A stretch of DNA of 64,000 nt from Chthoniobacterales bacterium (GCA_038207335.1 JBBQZX010000010.1:1-64000), one strand, 5' to 3'. Shown: positions 26,180 to 36,664, counted from the first letter of the stretch. Program-made: numbers and translations. The notes: generated from the letters alone by a model not told the origin.

Positions 26180-27457
26180 ATGAACCGCCGCCAATTCCTC
26201 TCCACCACAGCATTCGCGCTCGCCGCATCCGCCGCAAAATCGAGCGCCATTTCCTCCATGCCGCTGCTCCGCGGCAAAGCCGAGCACTGCATTTTCGTCT
26301 GGCTCGGCGGTGGCATGTCGCACATCGACACCTTCGATCCGAAGCGCCGCGGCGACCCCGCGAAAAAGCTCGCGGGCTCGCTCTACGACAGCATCGACAC
26401 CGCAGTGCCCGGCGTGCAGGTCTGCGAGCATTTAAAAAAAATGGCGCCCCTCATGGACCGCGTCACCGCCGTGCGCACGCTCCACCACGAGGTCATCGAC
26501 GAGCACGCCGCCGCCACGAATCGCATGCACACCGGCCGCCCCGTCAGCGGCACCGTCGCCTACCCGTCGCTTGGCTCCGTCGTCGCATTCGAGCGCGGCG
26601 CGGCGGCGGAAGGCGCGCCGCCGTACGTGCTCATCGGATACCCAAATGTCACGCGCGGCCCGGGCTTTCTCGGCTCGCGCGCGGGCTATCTTTATCTCAC
26701 CGACACCAGCCACGGCCCCGCCGGTCTCTCGCGCCCCGACGGCATCTCCGATGACCGACAGGCCCGCCGCGAGAGCTACCTCGCCAGCCTCCGAACCGGC
26801 GCGGAATCAAGGCTGGAGGCCGATCCGCGAGTCCACGACTACACCGCCGCGATCGAGCAGAGCCTGAAGCTCAGCGGCCCCGGCTTCACCAGCGCGTTCG
26901 ATTTGGAAAAAGAAAACGCCGACCTGCGGCGCGGCTACGGCGGCGAATTCGGCCAGCGCTGCCTGCTCGCGCGGCGCCTCGTCGAGCGCGGAGTCCGCTT
27001 CATCGAGGTCTCGCACAATCTGAACTTCGTCAACGGCACCGGCTGGGACGTCCACAACGAAGGCATCCGCAATCAGCACGAGCTCATCCGTGACCTCGAC
27101 CAGGCCGTCGCCGCGCTCATCACCGACCTCGAGTCGCGCCACATGCTCGACAAAACGCTCATCGTCATCGGCACGGAATTCGGGCGCCCGCCCGAGTTCG
27201 ACGGCGGCGGCGGCCGCGGCCACCACGGCGCATCCTTCAGTTGCGTCCTCGCCGGCGGCGGCCTCGCCCACTGCGGCGCATTCGGCGAGACCGACGAACT
27301 CGCCAAAAAGCCCGTCGCCGACCCCGTCACGGTCCCCGACTTCTTCTCCACGATCCACGCCGCCCTCGGCATCGACTACACAAAATCCCTCCACGAAGGC
27401 GACCGCCCCGTTCCCATCACCGACCGCGGAAACCCAATCGCAAAGCTCTTCACGTAG
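26180..27457 (+). CDS. DUF1501 family protein (Tat signal)
   Basis: [50 protein letters not shown]. Confidence 0.93.
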   Translation: MNRRQFLSTTAFALAASAAKSSAISSMPLLRGKAEHCIFVWLGGGMSHIDTFDPKRRGDPAKKLAGSLYDSIDTAVPGVQVCEHLKKMAPLMDRVTAVRTLHHEVIDEHAAATNRMHTGRPVSGTVAYPSLGSVVAFERGAAAEGAPPYVLIGYPNVTRGPGFLGSRAGYLYLTDTSHGPAGLSRPDGISDDRQARRESYLASLRTGAESRLEADPRVHDYTAAIEQSLKLSGPGFTSAFDLEKENADLRRGYGGEFGQRCLLARRLVERGVRFIEVSHNLNFVNGTGWDVHNEGIRNQHELIRDLDQAVAALITDLESRHMLDKTLIVIGTEFGRPPEFDGGGGRGHHGASFSCVLAGGGLAHCGAFGETDELAKKPVADPVTVPDFFSTIHAALGIDYTKSLHEGDRPVPITDRGNPIAKLFT

Positions 27458-27572
27458 AGACGTTTCGAGAGTAGGCGAGCGATTGGAAAAGATTCGGGGT
27501 TTGCACTCGCGGGGCGGGTCTTGAATTGTCTTAGCGCAACCAACTTCAATCCCTAACGAAAGACACACACTT

Positions 27573-28655
27573 ATGGGCCTCATGGATTTCATCAAAGGCG
27601 AACTCATCGAGATCATCGAGTGGACCGATGACTCGCGCGACACGCTCAGCTACCGCTGGCCGGACGACGACAAAGAGATCAAGAACGGCGCGCAACTCAT
27701 CGTACGCGAATCGCAGGTCGCGCAGTTCGTTTATGTCGGGCAATTCGGCGACACCTTCGAGCCCGGGCGGCACACGCTGACCACGGAAAACATCCCGATC
27801 CTCACCACGCTGAAGGGCTGGAAATACGGCTTCAATACGCCCTTCAAGGCGGACGTTTATTACGTCAGCACGCGCCTTTTCACCGGCAACAAATGGGGTA
27901 CCTCAAACCCCGTGATGATGCGCGACGCGGACTTCGGAATCGTCCGCGCGCGCGCATTCGGCACGTACGATTTTCGCATCGTGGAGCCGAAACTTTTCCT
28001 CAAGGAAGTCGCCGGCAGCGACCAGCATTTCCGCCTCGACGAATTCGCCGACACGATGCGCTCCCGCATCATCTCGCTTTTCAGCGAAGCGCTCGCGCAG
28101 TCGAAAATCCCAGTGCTAGACGTGGCCTCGCGCTACAGCGAAGTCGGAGCCGCGCTGCTGCCGCTCATCAATCCCGTGGTGACCGCGAAATATGGGCTCG
28201 AGATGACGAGCTTCATTTTGGAGAACGTTAGCGTCCCCCCGGAAGTCGAGGCGGCGATCGACAAACGCTCGTCGATGGCGGCGGTCGGAAATCTCAACGA
28301 TTACGTAAAGTTCCAGATGGCCGAGGGCATGGGATCGGGCGGCGGCGGCGCGGGCGGATTCGCGAGCGAGATGGCCGTCGGCATGGCAATGGCTCAGCAG
28401 ATGATGCAGCAGCAGGGCGGCGTGCTCGGCCCGCAAGCGACGCCCGGCATCCCGCCCGCCGGAGCCGCTCCAGCACAAGCTTCTGCGCCCGCGGCGACTC
28501 CCGATTTGCTCACGCCATCCGATGCGGCAAAGGTGCTCGGCGTGTCCGAGTCGGACGTCTTGCAAACGCTCGAAGCGGGTGATTTGAAAGGTAAAAAGAT
28601 CGGCTCCGCGTGGCGCATCACACGCGCCGCGCTGGACCAGTTTTTGCAGAGCTAA
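27573..28655 (+). CDS. SPFH/Band7 (YdjI-like) protein with C-terminal HTH_17-like domain
   Basis: IEIIEW, GAQLIVRESQ.A, FEPGRHTL.TENIP, KWGT.NP, RARAFG; C-term LLTPSDAAKVLGVS...GKKIGSAWRI. Confidence 0.88.
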   Translation: MGLMDFIKGELIEIIEWTDDSRDTLSYRWPDDDKEIKNGAQLIVRESQVAQFVYVGQFGDTFEPGRHTLTTENIPILTTLKGWKYGFNTPFKADVYYVSTRLFTGNKWGTSNPVMMRDADFGIVRARAFGTYDFRIVEPKLFLKEVAGSDQHFRLDEFADTMRSRIISLFSEALAQSKIPVLDVASRYSEVGAALLPLINPVVTAKYGLEMTSFILENVSVPPEVEAAIDKRSSMAAVGNLNDYVKFQMAEGMGSGGGGAGGFASEMAVGMAMAQQMMQQQGGVLGPQATPGIPPAGAAPAQASAPAATPDLLTPSDAAKVLGVSESDVLQTLEAGDLKGKKIGSAWRITRAALDQFLQS

Positions 28656-28661
28656 AGTCCA

Positions 28662-28958
28662 GTGCGAACCATCTTCCACGCCGTGTACCGCCGCGCGTTC
28701 AGTCTCATCGAGATCATCGTCGTGCTCTTCATCGTCGCGATGCTGCTCATCATCATCGTGCCGCTTTTGTTGAAAGGCGGGCGCGCGACCGATCCCGTCG
28801 TCCTCAATGTGCCGGACGAATCCGCCGCGCCCGCTTCCAAAAGACCTTTGCCCGAGCCGCCGCCGCCGTTGCCAGAGCCCGAGGCTCCCCCTTCTCCGTC
28901 CACCCCTGCCGAAGTCCCTCCGGTGGACGCCGCACCCGGCGAAAAGCCGCTTCCCTAA
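28662..28958 (+). CDS. Prepilin-type N-terminal cleavage/methylation protein with short Pro-rich tail
   Basis: RRAFSLIEIIVVLFIVAMLLIII class III signal (E5 present), then PEPPPPLPEP low-complexity. Confidence 0.7.
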   Translation: MRTIFHAVYRRAFSLIEIIVVLFIVAMLLIIIVPLLLKGGRATDPVVLNVPDESAAPASKRPLPEPPPPLPEPEAPPSPSTPAEVPPVDAAPGEKPLP

Positions 28959-28985
28959 AATCGCGCGCAATCGCGGTTCGCAGAG

Positions 28986-30095
28986 ATGTCCGACATCACC
29001 GCACGCCAGAAATTCGCCTGCCCCGAGTGCGGGGCCGAGGCGCAGTGGAATCCCGCGAAACAAGCGCTCGTCTGTCCGTACTGCGGTGCCGTGTCGCCCG
29101 TAAAACTCGAAACCGCGCCGACGCAAATCGCCGAGCACGATCTCGAAACCGCGCTGCGAAAAATCCCCGATACCGAACGCGGATGGGAGGCGGAAAAGAC
29201 CTCGGTGAAGTGCCAGAGCTGCCAGGCGATCACCGTTTTCGATCCGACGCGCGTGGCGCAACGATGCGACTTCTGCGGCTCATCGGCGCTCATTCCGGTC
29301 GAGCAAAATCAAGCGCCCATCCGGCCCGAGAGCCTGCTGGAATTCAAGCTGCCCGAGACCCAAATCCGCGACCTCGTGCGGAAGTGGTATGCCTCGCGAT
29401 GGTTCGCGCCGAACGCGCTGAAATCCCGCGCCCTCACCGACACCGTTCACGGCCTTTACATCCCCTATTGGACGTTCGACGCGCAGATCCATGCGGAGTG
29501 GCAGGCCGAGTCCGGATATCATTATTACGAGACGGAGAGCTACACGGACTCGCAGGGGCGCACACAAACGCGTCAGGTCCAACGCACTCGTTGGGTGCCC
29601 AGCTCCGGCTCTCTCGACCACTTTTTCGACGACGAACTCGTCGCCGCGTCACGCGGCGCCGACCCCGATTTGCTGCGCAAAATCGAGCCCTTCCCGACTA
29701 CAACCGACCTCAAGCCATACGACCCCGGCTTTCTCTCAGGCTGGGTCGTCGAGCAATACCAAATCGACCTCATCGCCGCCGCGAAGCACTCGCGCGAGAC
29801 GATGGAAAGCAAAACGAGAGGCCTGTGCGGAAGCGAAGTCCCCGGCGACACGTATCGCGGCCTGCGAGTCGATGCGGATTTCAGCGGGCAGACCTTCAAG
29901 CACATCCTCGTCCCCCTCTGGCTAGTGGCCTACACTTACGGCTCGAAGACATTTCAAGTCGTCGTCAACGGCTACACCGGTGCCCTCGCCGGCAAGCACC
30001 CGCTGAGCTGGATAAAGATCACTCTCGCAGTGCTCGCCGCGCTCATCGTGATCCTGCTCATCGCCTACGCGCAGTCCGGAGGAGGCGGAGGGTAG
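28986..30095 (+). CDS. Zinc-ribbon membrane-anchored protein (YdjG-like)
   Basis: CPECGA...CPYCG, CQSCQA...CDFCG, GLYIPYWTFD, HILVPLW, VNGYTG, C-terminal TM. Confidence 0.85.
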   Translation: MSDITARQKFACPECGAEAQWNPAKQALVCPYCGAVSPVKLETAPTQIAEHDLETALRKIPDTERGWEAEKTSVKCQSCQAITVFDPTRVAQRCDFCGSSALIPVEQNQAPIRPESLLEFKLPETQIRDLVRKWYASRWFAPNALKSRALTDTVHGLYIPYWTFDAQIHAEWQAESGYHYYETESYTDSQGRTQTRQVQRTRWVPSSGSLDHFFDDELVAASRGADPDLLRKIEPFPTTTDLKPYDPGFLSGWVVEQYQIDLIAAAKHSRETMESKTRGLCGSEVPGDTYRGLRVDADFSGQTFKHILVPLWLVAYTYGSKTFQVVVNGYTGALAGKHPLSWIKITLAVLAALIVILLIAYAQSGGGGG

Positions 30096-30160
30096 GAAGT
30101 CGGGTTTAGGAATTGTCAGGTGCACTCGCGCCTCCGCCCTTCCTAAATCCTCCTTCCTAC
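30092..30160. repeat. 21-bp imperfect inverted repeat (18/21) built on TTCCTAC/TTCCTAA heptamers
   Basis: GTAGGAAGTCGGGTTTAGGAA (30092-30112) pairs with TTCCTAAATCCTCCTTCCTAC (30140-30160). Confidence 0.7.
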
Positions 30161-30175
30161 TTCCTACTTCGCGCG

Positions 30176-31201
30176 ATGCACGACCTCATCGCCCATCTTA
30201 AATCCTCCGCCGATCTCACCACCTCACACGTCGAAGATGCTCTCCAGCACTTGATCTCCGGCGATGTGCCCGGTGCGGACAAAGCGAACTTTCTCCGCGC
30301 CCTGCGCGAAAAAGGCGAGACACCCGGCGAGATCGCGGCCTTCGCAGCGGCCCTGCTCGCGCGCGCCGTCGAAACCGGTCTCGACCCGGCAAGAATCGAC
30401 GGCCCGATCCTCGATGTCTGCGGCACCGGCGGCGACCAGATGGGCATGTTTAACGTCTCGACCACCAGCATGTTCGTCCTCGCGGCAGGCGGCGCAGTCG
30501 TCGTGAAACACGGCAACCGCGCGATCACCTCACAGTGCGGCGGCGCCGACGTGCTCGAGGCCCTCGGTATAAAAATCGAACTCTCGCCCGCTGACCTCAA
30601 ACGCAGCGTCGAAACCCTCGGCCTTGGCTTCATATTCGCCCCCGCGTATCACCCCGCATTCCGCTCCATCGCGCCCGTCCGCAAGCTCCTCGCCGCGCAG
30701 GGAATCCCGACCATTTTCAATATGCTCGGCCCGCTCCTGAATCCCGCGCGCCCACCATTCCAGCTCGTCGGGATCTTCTCCAAATCGCTGCTTGGAAAAT
30801 ACGCGGCGACCCTCGCCGCGCTCGGCCGCAAACGCGCATGGGCGCTGCACGGCGACGGCACCGACGAGCTTGCGATCACCGGTCCGAGCGACGTGCGTGA
30901 AATCACTCCCGACGTCATCCGCGAGTTCGTCCTGCAGCCGGAAGAGCTCGGCATTTCGCTTGCGAAAATCGACGACCTTCGCGGCGGCGACCGCGCTGAA
31001 AATGCGCGCATCCTCGTCGCGATCCTCGACGGCTCGGAGCGCGGCCCGAAGCGCGACATAGTCACCCTCAACGCCGCCGCCGGCTTCGTCATCACCGGCC
31101 TCGCCCCGGACCTCCAATCCGCGCTGGCACTTGCCAGCGAGCAGATCGACTCCGGCCGCGCCCTCGCAAAACTCCGTGCTCTCCAAGCCTTCAGCGTGTA
31201 A
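30176..31201 (+). CDS. trpD: Anthranilate phosphoribosyltransferase
   Basis: KGETPGEI, DVCGTGGD...FNVST, VKHGNRAITS..GGADVLE, FAPAYHP, PTIFNMLGPLLNP, LNAA. Confidence 0.96.
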   Translation: MHDLIAHLKSSADLTTSHVEDALQHLISGDVPGADKANFLRALREKGETPGEIAAFAAALLARAVETGLDPARIDGPILDVCGTGGDQMGMFNVSTTSMFVLAAGGAVVVKHGNRAITSQCGGADVLEALGIKIELSPADLKRSVETLGLGFIFAPAYHPAFRSIAPVRKLLAAQGIPTIFNMLGPLLNPARPPFQLVGIFSKSLLGKYAATLAALGRKRAWALHGDGTDELAITGPSDVREITPDVIREFVLQPEELGISLAKIDDLRGGDRAENARILVAILDGSERGPKRDIVTLNAAAGFVITGLAPDLQSALALASEQIDSGRALAKLRALQAFSV

Positions 31202-31250
31202 GCGGCCAAATCCGTTTGCCGCTCCCGCGCCCCCGCCCTATCAACACGCG

Positions 31251-32213
31251 ATGCGCACCATTGGCACTCTCGAGTCGGACGAAATCGCGACCCGATTCAG
31301 CGACTATCTCTATGTCAAAGGCATCGAAAATCAGACCGAGCGCGAGGACGACGGCACCTTCTCAGTCTGGGTGCTCGACGACGACCAGCTCAACGAAGCC
31401 GCCGCGCACCTTCGCCACTTTCGTACCAATCCCAGCGCGCCGGAATTCGACGGCGTCAGCGCCACCGCGCGGCGTGTCCGCACTCGCGTGATGCGTGAGG
31501 AAAACTCGCGCCGCTCCACATTCGCCGACACCGCGCGCGTCGGCTACGAGAGGCATTTTCGAGGCGCAGCGCCCGTCACTCTCGCGCTCATCGTCATCTC
31601 GGCGCTCGTCGCGCTCTGGTCGCATCTCGGTGAAAATACGACGCCGGTACGGCCACTTTTCATCTCCGATTACCTCTACGATTTCAGCAGCGGCACATCG
31701 ATCCACTTGCCCACGCTCCTCGCGCACAACGGTGAGCTCACACCGGCACTCGAAGCTCGCGCCACGCGCCACGGCTTTCTCCCGGAAGTCCGCAGCGGCC
31801 AAGTCTGGCGTCTCATCACGCCGATTTTCCTGCACTTCGGGATTCTGCATCTCGTCTTCGACATGATGATGCTCTACCAGCTCGGCACCTTCACCGAAAA
31901 CCGGCTCGGCGGCCGCCATCTGCTCGCTCTCGTTCTGGTCATCGCGGCTTTGTCGAACACCGGTGAAGCACTGTGGGGAAGCCCAAATTTTGGAGGCATG
32001 TCCGGCGTCGATTACGGGCTGTTCGGCTTTCTCTGGATCCGAGGAAAATGCGACCCCGCAGCCGGCTGGCAGATTAATAAAAACGTCGTCACGCAGCTCC
32101 TCGTCTGGTTCGTCCTCTGCCTCGTGCACATCATCCCGCACGTCGCCAATACCGTCCACGCCATCGGCCTCGGCATCGGCATGGCGTGGGGCTATATCTC
32201 AGCAAAGAGATAG
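31251..32213 (+). CDS. glpG: Rhomboid intramembrane serine protease (GlpG-like)
   Basis: GlpG-type soluble N-domain (FSDYLYVKGI), GQVWRLITPIFLHF, GGMSGV (catalytic Ser), ANTVH..G (catalytic His). Confidence 0.88.
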   Translation: MRTIGTLESDEIATRFSDYLYVKGIENQTEREDDGTFSVWVLDDDQLNEAAAHLRHFRTNPSAPEFDGVSATARRVRTRVMREENSRRSTFADTARVGYERHFRGAAPVTLALIVISALVALWSHLGENTTPVRPLFISDYLYDFSSGTSIHLPTLLAHNGELTPALEARATRHGFLPEVRSGQVWRLITPIFLHFGILHLVFDMMMLYQLGTFTENRLGGRHLLALVLVIAALSNTGEALWGSPNFGGMSGVDYGLFGFLWIRGKCDPAAGWQINKNVVTQLLVWFVLCLVHIIPHVANTVHAIGLGIGMAWGYISAKR

Positions 32214-32340
32214 CACACGACTGCTTGCACAAGGAGGACGCCCGCCGTCGCGACGGTTGCTAGAATCAATTCCCGATTTCGAGTTCTCCCGGCATCTCTC
32301 TCCGCCGTAATCGCCGCGTCCGCCGTTCAATCTTCTCCCC

Positions 32341-32364
32341 CTTCGTGTCTTCGTGTCTTCGTGG
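32341..32364. repeat. Three tandem 8-mers CTTCGTGT/CTTCGTGG (REP-like half element)
   Basis: Read directly in the intergenic region before gcvT. Confidence 0.6.
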
Positions 32365-32425
32365 TAAAAGTGACCCAGCAGTTTGGCGCTAGACAGCGAA
32401 AGTGACCCGCTTACGCTGCCGCACC

Positions 32426-33538
32426 GTGTCCGAAAACTCATCGTTGAAACAGACGCCACTTCACGCCGAGCACGTCGCGCTCGGCGCGAAAATGGTGGAC
32501 TTCGGCGGCTGGTCCATGCCCGTCCAATACACCGGCATCCTAGACGAACACGCCGCCGTCCGCACTGGCCTCGGCGTCTTCGACATCTCGCACATGGGTC
32601 AGTTTTTTGCCTCCGGCGCGGGAGCGCTCGCGTGGCTGAATCGGATGCTCACAAACAACGTCGAGAGGCTCGGCGGCGGCGAATGCCAATACACTTTCCT
32701 GCTGAACGAGCGTGGCGGCGTCATCGACGACCTCATCGTCTATCGGCTCGCCGAAGAACGGTTTCTGCTCGTCGTGAACGCCGGTAAAATCGACGAAGAC
32801 TTCGCATGGCTCGAAGCGCATCGGGCCACGGATGTGACTTTCACAAACGAGAGCGCCCAATTCGCGGGGCTCGCCGTGCAGGGGCCGAAATCCGTGCAGC
32901 TCTTCGACGCGTTTTTCGACGGGCGCTACTCCCGACCCGCGCGCAATGAAATCCTCCGCGTTGCGATCGACGGTGCCGATTACTTCATCGCGCGCACGGG
33001 CTACACCGGCGAGGACGGCTTCGAGATTTTTTGCCCCGCGGAGCGCGGCGTGAAAGCGTGGCGCGACATCCTCGCGCGCGGCGCGGATTTCGGAATCAAG
33101 CCGTGCGGACTCGGCGCGCGCGACACGCTCCGACTGGAGATGTGCTACCCGCTGAATGGCTCCGACCTCTCCGCCGAGACGACGCCGCTGGAGGCCGGTC
33201 TCTCCATTTTCATCGACCTGCAAAAGCCTGAATTCATCGGACGCGAGCGCCTCCAGCAGCAGCGCACCGAGGGAATCGCGCGACGGCTCGTGCCTTTCAA
33301 AATGAAGGACAAATCGCCACCGCCGCGCTCACATTATCCCGTCTTCAAAAACGGAGCGCCGATCACCGAGACGACCAGCGGCACGCTCTCTCCATCGCTC
33401 GGCATCGGCATCGGCATGGCATACATACCTACGGAATTCGCGCGCATTGGCGAAGAGATCGACATCGAAATTCGCGGCAAACGTTTCCCTGCCATCATCG
33501 AAAAAAAGCCGCTCCTGCGCGTGAACAAAGGCGCGTAA
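32426..33538 (+). CDS. gcvT: Glycine cleavage system aminomethyltransferase T
   Basis: LKQTPLH, FGGWSMPVQY, FDISHMG, VIDDLIVY, ARTGYTGEDGFE, GLGARDTLRLE; GTG 32426. Confidence 0.97.
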   Translation: MSENSSLKQTPLHAEHVALGAKMVDFGGWSMPVQYTGILDEHAAVRTGLGVFDISHMGQFFASGAGALAWLNRMLTNNVERLGGGECQYTFLLNERGGVIDDLIVYRLAEERFLLVVNAGKIDEDFAWLEAHRATDVTFTNESAQFAGLAVQGPKSVQLFDAFFDGRYSRPARNEILRVAIDGADYFIARTGYTGEDGFEIFCPAERGVKAWRDILARGADFGIKPCGLGARDTLRLEMCYPLNGSDLSAETTPLEAGLSIFIDLQKPEFIGRERLQQQRTEGIARRLVPFKMKDKSPPPRSHYPVFKNGAPITETTSGTLSPSLGIGIGMAYIPTEFARIGEEIDIEIRGKRFPAIIEKKPLLRVNKGA

Positions 33539-33550
33539 AATCCTTTCAAC

Positions 33551-33952
33551 ATGAACGTCCCTGAAGACCTCAACTACGCCGAATCCCACGAATGGCTGCG
33601 TCTCGATGGGGCGAATGGAACCGTCGGAATCACAGACCACGCGCAAGACGAACTGACCGATGTCGTCTATGTCGAGTTGCCGAAAGTCGGCGCGCAAGTG
33701 AAGGCGAAGCAGCAGGTCTGCGTCGTCGAGTCCGTGAAAGCCGCGAGCGATATCTACTCGCCCATCTCGGGCACGATCACCGCGATCAATGAAGCGCTGA
33801 CGTCCAATCCCGCGCTCATCAATACCGACCCGTTCGGCGAGGGCTGGATTTTTAGGATCACGATCGAAGCTGGAGAGGAGATCGAATCGCTGAAAAGCCC
33901 GGCGCAATATCGCGAACAAATCGGCGGCCCATCCGCCGACGGCGGACTCTAG
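33551..33952 (+). CDS. gcvH: Glycine cleavage system H protein
   Basis: [21 protein letters not shown] (lipoyl Lys), N.DPFGEGW. Confidence 0.97.
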   Translation: MNVPEDLNYAESHEWLRLDGANGTVGITDHAQDELTDVVYVELPKVGAQVKAKQQVCVVESVKAASDIYSPISGTITAINEALTSNPALINTDPFGEGWIFRITIEAGEEIESLKSPAQYREQIGGPSADGGL

Positions 33953-33991
33953 CTTCGCGCGAATCCGGCATCCCTTCACGGCACGCCTGCC

Positions 33992-34669
33992 ATGCGCTTC
34001 CTGATTCAGTCGGCACTCGCGCTTGCCGCATTCACTTCACTTACCGCCGCGGAATTCGAGCCGCTCTTCAATGGCAGTGATCTCGCTGGCTGGGACGGCA
34101 ATCAGCGCTTCTGGTCCGTGCGCGATGGGGTCATCCGCGGCGAGACGAAGCTCGGCGCGTTGCCGCTCGGGAACACATTTCTCATCTGGCGCGGAGGCAC
34201 GCTGCGGGACTTCGAGCTGCGCTTGAAATTTCGCATCCAGAGTGGCAATTCCGGCGTGCAGTATCGGAGCCGAGATCTCGGAAAATGGGTCGTCGCAGGG
34301 TATCAGGCGGAGATTGAAAACAGGCAGGGGAAGGTCGGATTTTTGTATGAAGAGAGGGGCCGAAAATCTCTCGCGAGCGTCGGCGAGCGCGTGGAGATCG
34401 GTGCGGATGGCGCCCGAAAAGTCACCGGCGAAATCGCGACTAAGGCCGCGCTGATCGCGAAAGGATATTACAAAACTCGCGAGTGGAACGACTACACGAT
34501 CGTCGCGCACGGAAGCCACATCGAGCAGTGGCTGAATGGCATCAAAGTCGCGGAACTCACCGACGACGATGAGGCCCATCGCGCACTCGAAGGCGTCCTC
34601 GCGCTTCAGCTCCACGCCGGGCCGCCCATGCTCGTGGAATTCCGCGACATCCTACTGAAACCGCTCTAA
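33992..34669 (+). CDS. DUF1080 (3-keto-disaccharide hydrolase-like) secreted protein
   Basis: Signal peptide, LFNGSDLAGW, DFELRLKF, NSGVQYRS, GYQAEI, EWNDY, LQLH, VEFRDI. Confidence 0.92.
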   Translation: MRFLIQSALALAAFTSLTAAEFEPLFNGSDLAGWDGNQRFWSVRDGVIRGETKLGALPLGNTFLIWRGGTLRDFELRLKFRIQSGNSGVQYRSRDLGKWVVAGYQAEIENRQGKVGFLYEERGRKSLASVGERVEIGADGARKVTGEIATKAALIAKGYYKTREWNDYTIVAHGSHIEQWLNGIKVAELTDDDEAHRALEGVLALQLHAGPPMLVEFRDILLKPL

Positions 34670-34710
34670 TTCCGCGCGCCCTCGCTTCGCCGTTCCTAAG
34701 TCCAAAAACC

Positions 34711-36474
34711 CTACTTCTTAGTTTCCGCTCCTTCTCCGCTCGCGAGGACTTCCACGCACGGCCTCCCCACACACATTGCAGGTTCACTCATGCGGAGCGC
34801 CGCACAGAGCGTCGGGACGAAATCGGTAATCCCGAATGGCTCCGCGTATCGACCGGCACGAAACGCGGCACCGTGAAACAGGACGGGAACGTGCGTGTCG
34901 TAGTTGTAAGGCGAGCCGTGCGTCGTGCCGGTCTTGCCGCCATAGTCGATGAGATACGGCTTCGCGAGCAGGAAGACATCGCCCCCTCGCTCGGCATTGT
35001 AGCCCGCGACCACGCGCTGTCCGAATGGGCCCGGCACCCGCCCATCGAGGAGCTGCTCCCGCGAATAGACCGCGTGATATTTCCCAGTCGAAAGCGCCCA
35101 TTCGCGGATCGCTGCCACCACTTCACTTGCCGCTAGATTCTTCTCCCGCAGCACGTCGGGATTGAAATAGAGCTGGCTGTCGTAGATGCCGCGCGTCAGC
35201 AGCAGATTCGACGAACCGAACCGCTGGCTCAACCGCGCAAGAAGATCGCCGAGAAGCGTCACATCGTCGATCCGTTGCGCGTCGAGCCCCTGCAGCGCCG
35301 CAAATTCCGGCGTCGGCATCACCGCGTGATCCGCTGTCAACGTGATCCAGACATTCTCGAGCCCGAACCTCTTGTCGAGGTAAGCGAACAAATCCGCGAG
35401 TTGCCGATCCAGCCTCAGCACGATGTCCTCCACCTCTTGCGAATACGGACCGTAGCGATGGCCCGCGGCATCGACCGCCGAGAACGATAGCGTCAGCAAA
35501 TCCGGCCCGGGTCCATCGCCGAGCTTCTCCCCCTCGATCGCCGCGCGTGCGAATTCGCCGAGGATTTGGTTTGAAAATGGCGTCGCTAGGAGATTCTCAA
35601 AGCTCTCGGTCGCAGGCGGAGCCGGCGTCGCACGCGGCGGCACGATTTTTGTGATTGCACCACCACGCGCACTGACGGCGGACGCCGCTGATTTTCCCGC
35701 GCCCGGCGCGGTCGCGGGCGGCAGCGAGCGGGCGATCACGTGCGGGAAGATGGGCTTCTTTTCTCCCGGCAGAAGTCCCTCGCCGGGCGCGTCGTCCTCG
35801 CGTTCGTACAATTTTTCGTCGAGCAGCCGTTCCCACTTTTGCCCTGCGAGCTTCGATGGCAACGCGCGCTCGTTGAACGCCTTCACCCACGCCGGCAAGT
35901 CGGCCATGTAGTAGCTGCTCGTGACGAAATTCCCGCTCGCGGCCTCAAACCAAAACGCACCCAAAGGCTTCTTCCCCGCCGGCAAAATTGCGCCGCGATC
36001 CTTCATCGAGATGCCCACGACCCTTGAGTTGAAGCGCAACCGCAGTTCATCGGCAAAATTGTCGCCGATGAAATTTCGCGGCGACATCTTCCCCTCGCTC
36101 CCCGCCGTGCCGACTCCCGTCACCGCCGGGTCGGCGCAGCAGTACACCGTTTTCCGCGTGCGCCGGTCGAACCAATCATTGCCGATGATGCCATGCATCG
36201 ACGGCGGCGCTCCGCTGAAAACGCTCGCATGTCCCGGCCCCGTCACCGTCGGGCAATAGTCGAATTTTGCCGAAGTCATGAACGCCCCGCGATCCGTCAG
36301 CAGCCGAAATCCGCCGTCCGAGAACCGCTCATGAAACCGCACCAGATAGTCGTAACGTAACTGATCCACGAGGATCGCCACGATGAGCTTAGGTCGCGGC
36401 GCTTCCACCGCACGGAGTACCGGTGAGAAAAAAAAGAGCACGGCACAGACGCGGAGGAGCGATCGCTTTTGCAT
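34711..36474 (-). CDS. PafA-type alkaline phosphatase / nucleotide pyrophosphatase family
   Basis: ILVDQLRYDYL, TVTGPGHA (Thr nucleophile), GIIGNDW, SMKDRGAIL, D..GH.YGP, LTADH, THGSPYNYDTHVP; start uncertain (36474-36516). Confidence 0.92.
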   Translation of the reverse strand: MQKRSLLRVCAVLFFFSPVLRAVEAPRPKLIVAILVDQLRYDYLVRFHERFSDGGFRLLTDRGAFMTSAKFDYCPTVTGPGHASVFSGAPPSMHGIIGNDWFDRRTRKTVYCCADPAVTGVGTAGSEGKMSPRNFIGDNFADELRLRFNSRVVGISMKDRGAILPAGKKPLGAFWFEAASGNFVTSSYYMADLPAWVKAFNERALPSKLAGQKWERLLDEKLYEREDDAPGEGLLPGEKKPIFPHVIARSLPPATAPGAGKSAASAVSARGGAITKIVPPRATPAPPATESFENLLATPFSNQILGEFARAAIEGEKLGDGPGPDLLTLSFSAVDAAGHRYGPYSQEVEDIVLRLDRQLADLFAYLDKRFGLENVWITLTADHAVMPTPEFAALQGLDAQRIDDVTLLGDLLARLSQRFGSSNLLLTRGIYDSQLYFNPDVLREKNLAASEVVAAIREWALSTGKYHAVYSREQLLDGRVPGPFGQRVVAGYNAERGGDVFLLAKPYLIDYGGKTGTTHGSPYNYDTHVPVLFHGAAFRAGRYAEPFGITDFVPTLCAALRMSEPAMCVGRPCVEVLASGEGAETKK

Positions 36475-36664
36475 GAGGGTGGTGCGAGCAAACATGGAGT
36501 TTGCGTAGAGATGCAACGCCTTCTCGCAGCGGCGAAGCGGGTGCGTCGGAGCGCGTAATCCGCGTCCTCAGTCCGCATTCCGGCGTTCGCCGTTTTCCGT
36601 GAATTTTGCGTCTCCGCAGAAACTCGACTTTTGCGGCGTTGCAATCATTTTCACGCAACCCCCC

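Noticed and set aside
27500..27526. CIRCE element upstream of the SPFH gene
   Set aside because: Left half TTTGCACTC resembles TTAGCACTC, but the right arm GAGTGCTAA is absent.
31840..31870. Inactive rhomboid because of HLVFD instead of HxxxN
   Set aside because: Catalytic GxSG serine and TM6 histidine are intact; a single N-to-D change is not enough to call it inactive.
32214..32425. Glycine riboswitch upstream of gcvT
   Set aside because: No recognisable GGAGA...CCGAAG...CTCTCAGG aptamer core.
36428..36435. Phase-variable homopolymer (A8) in the phosphatase signal peptide; also T8 at 49264 in panC
   Set aside because: Runs are short, in frame and explained by consecutive Phe codons.
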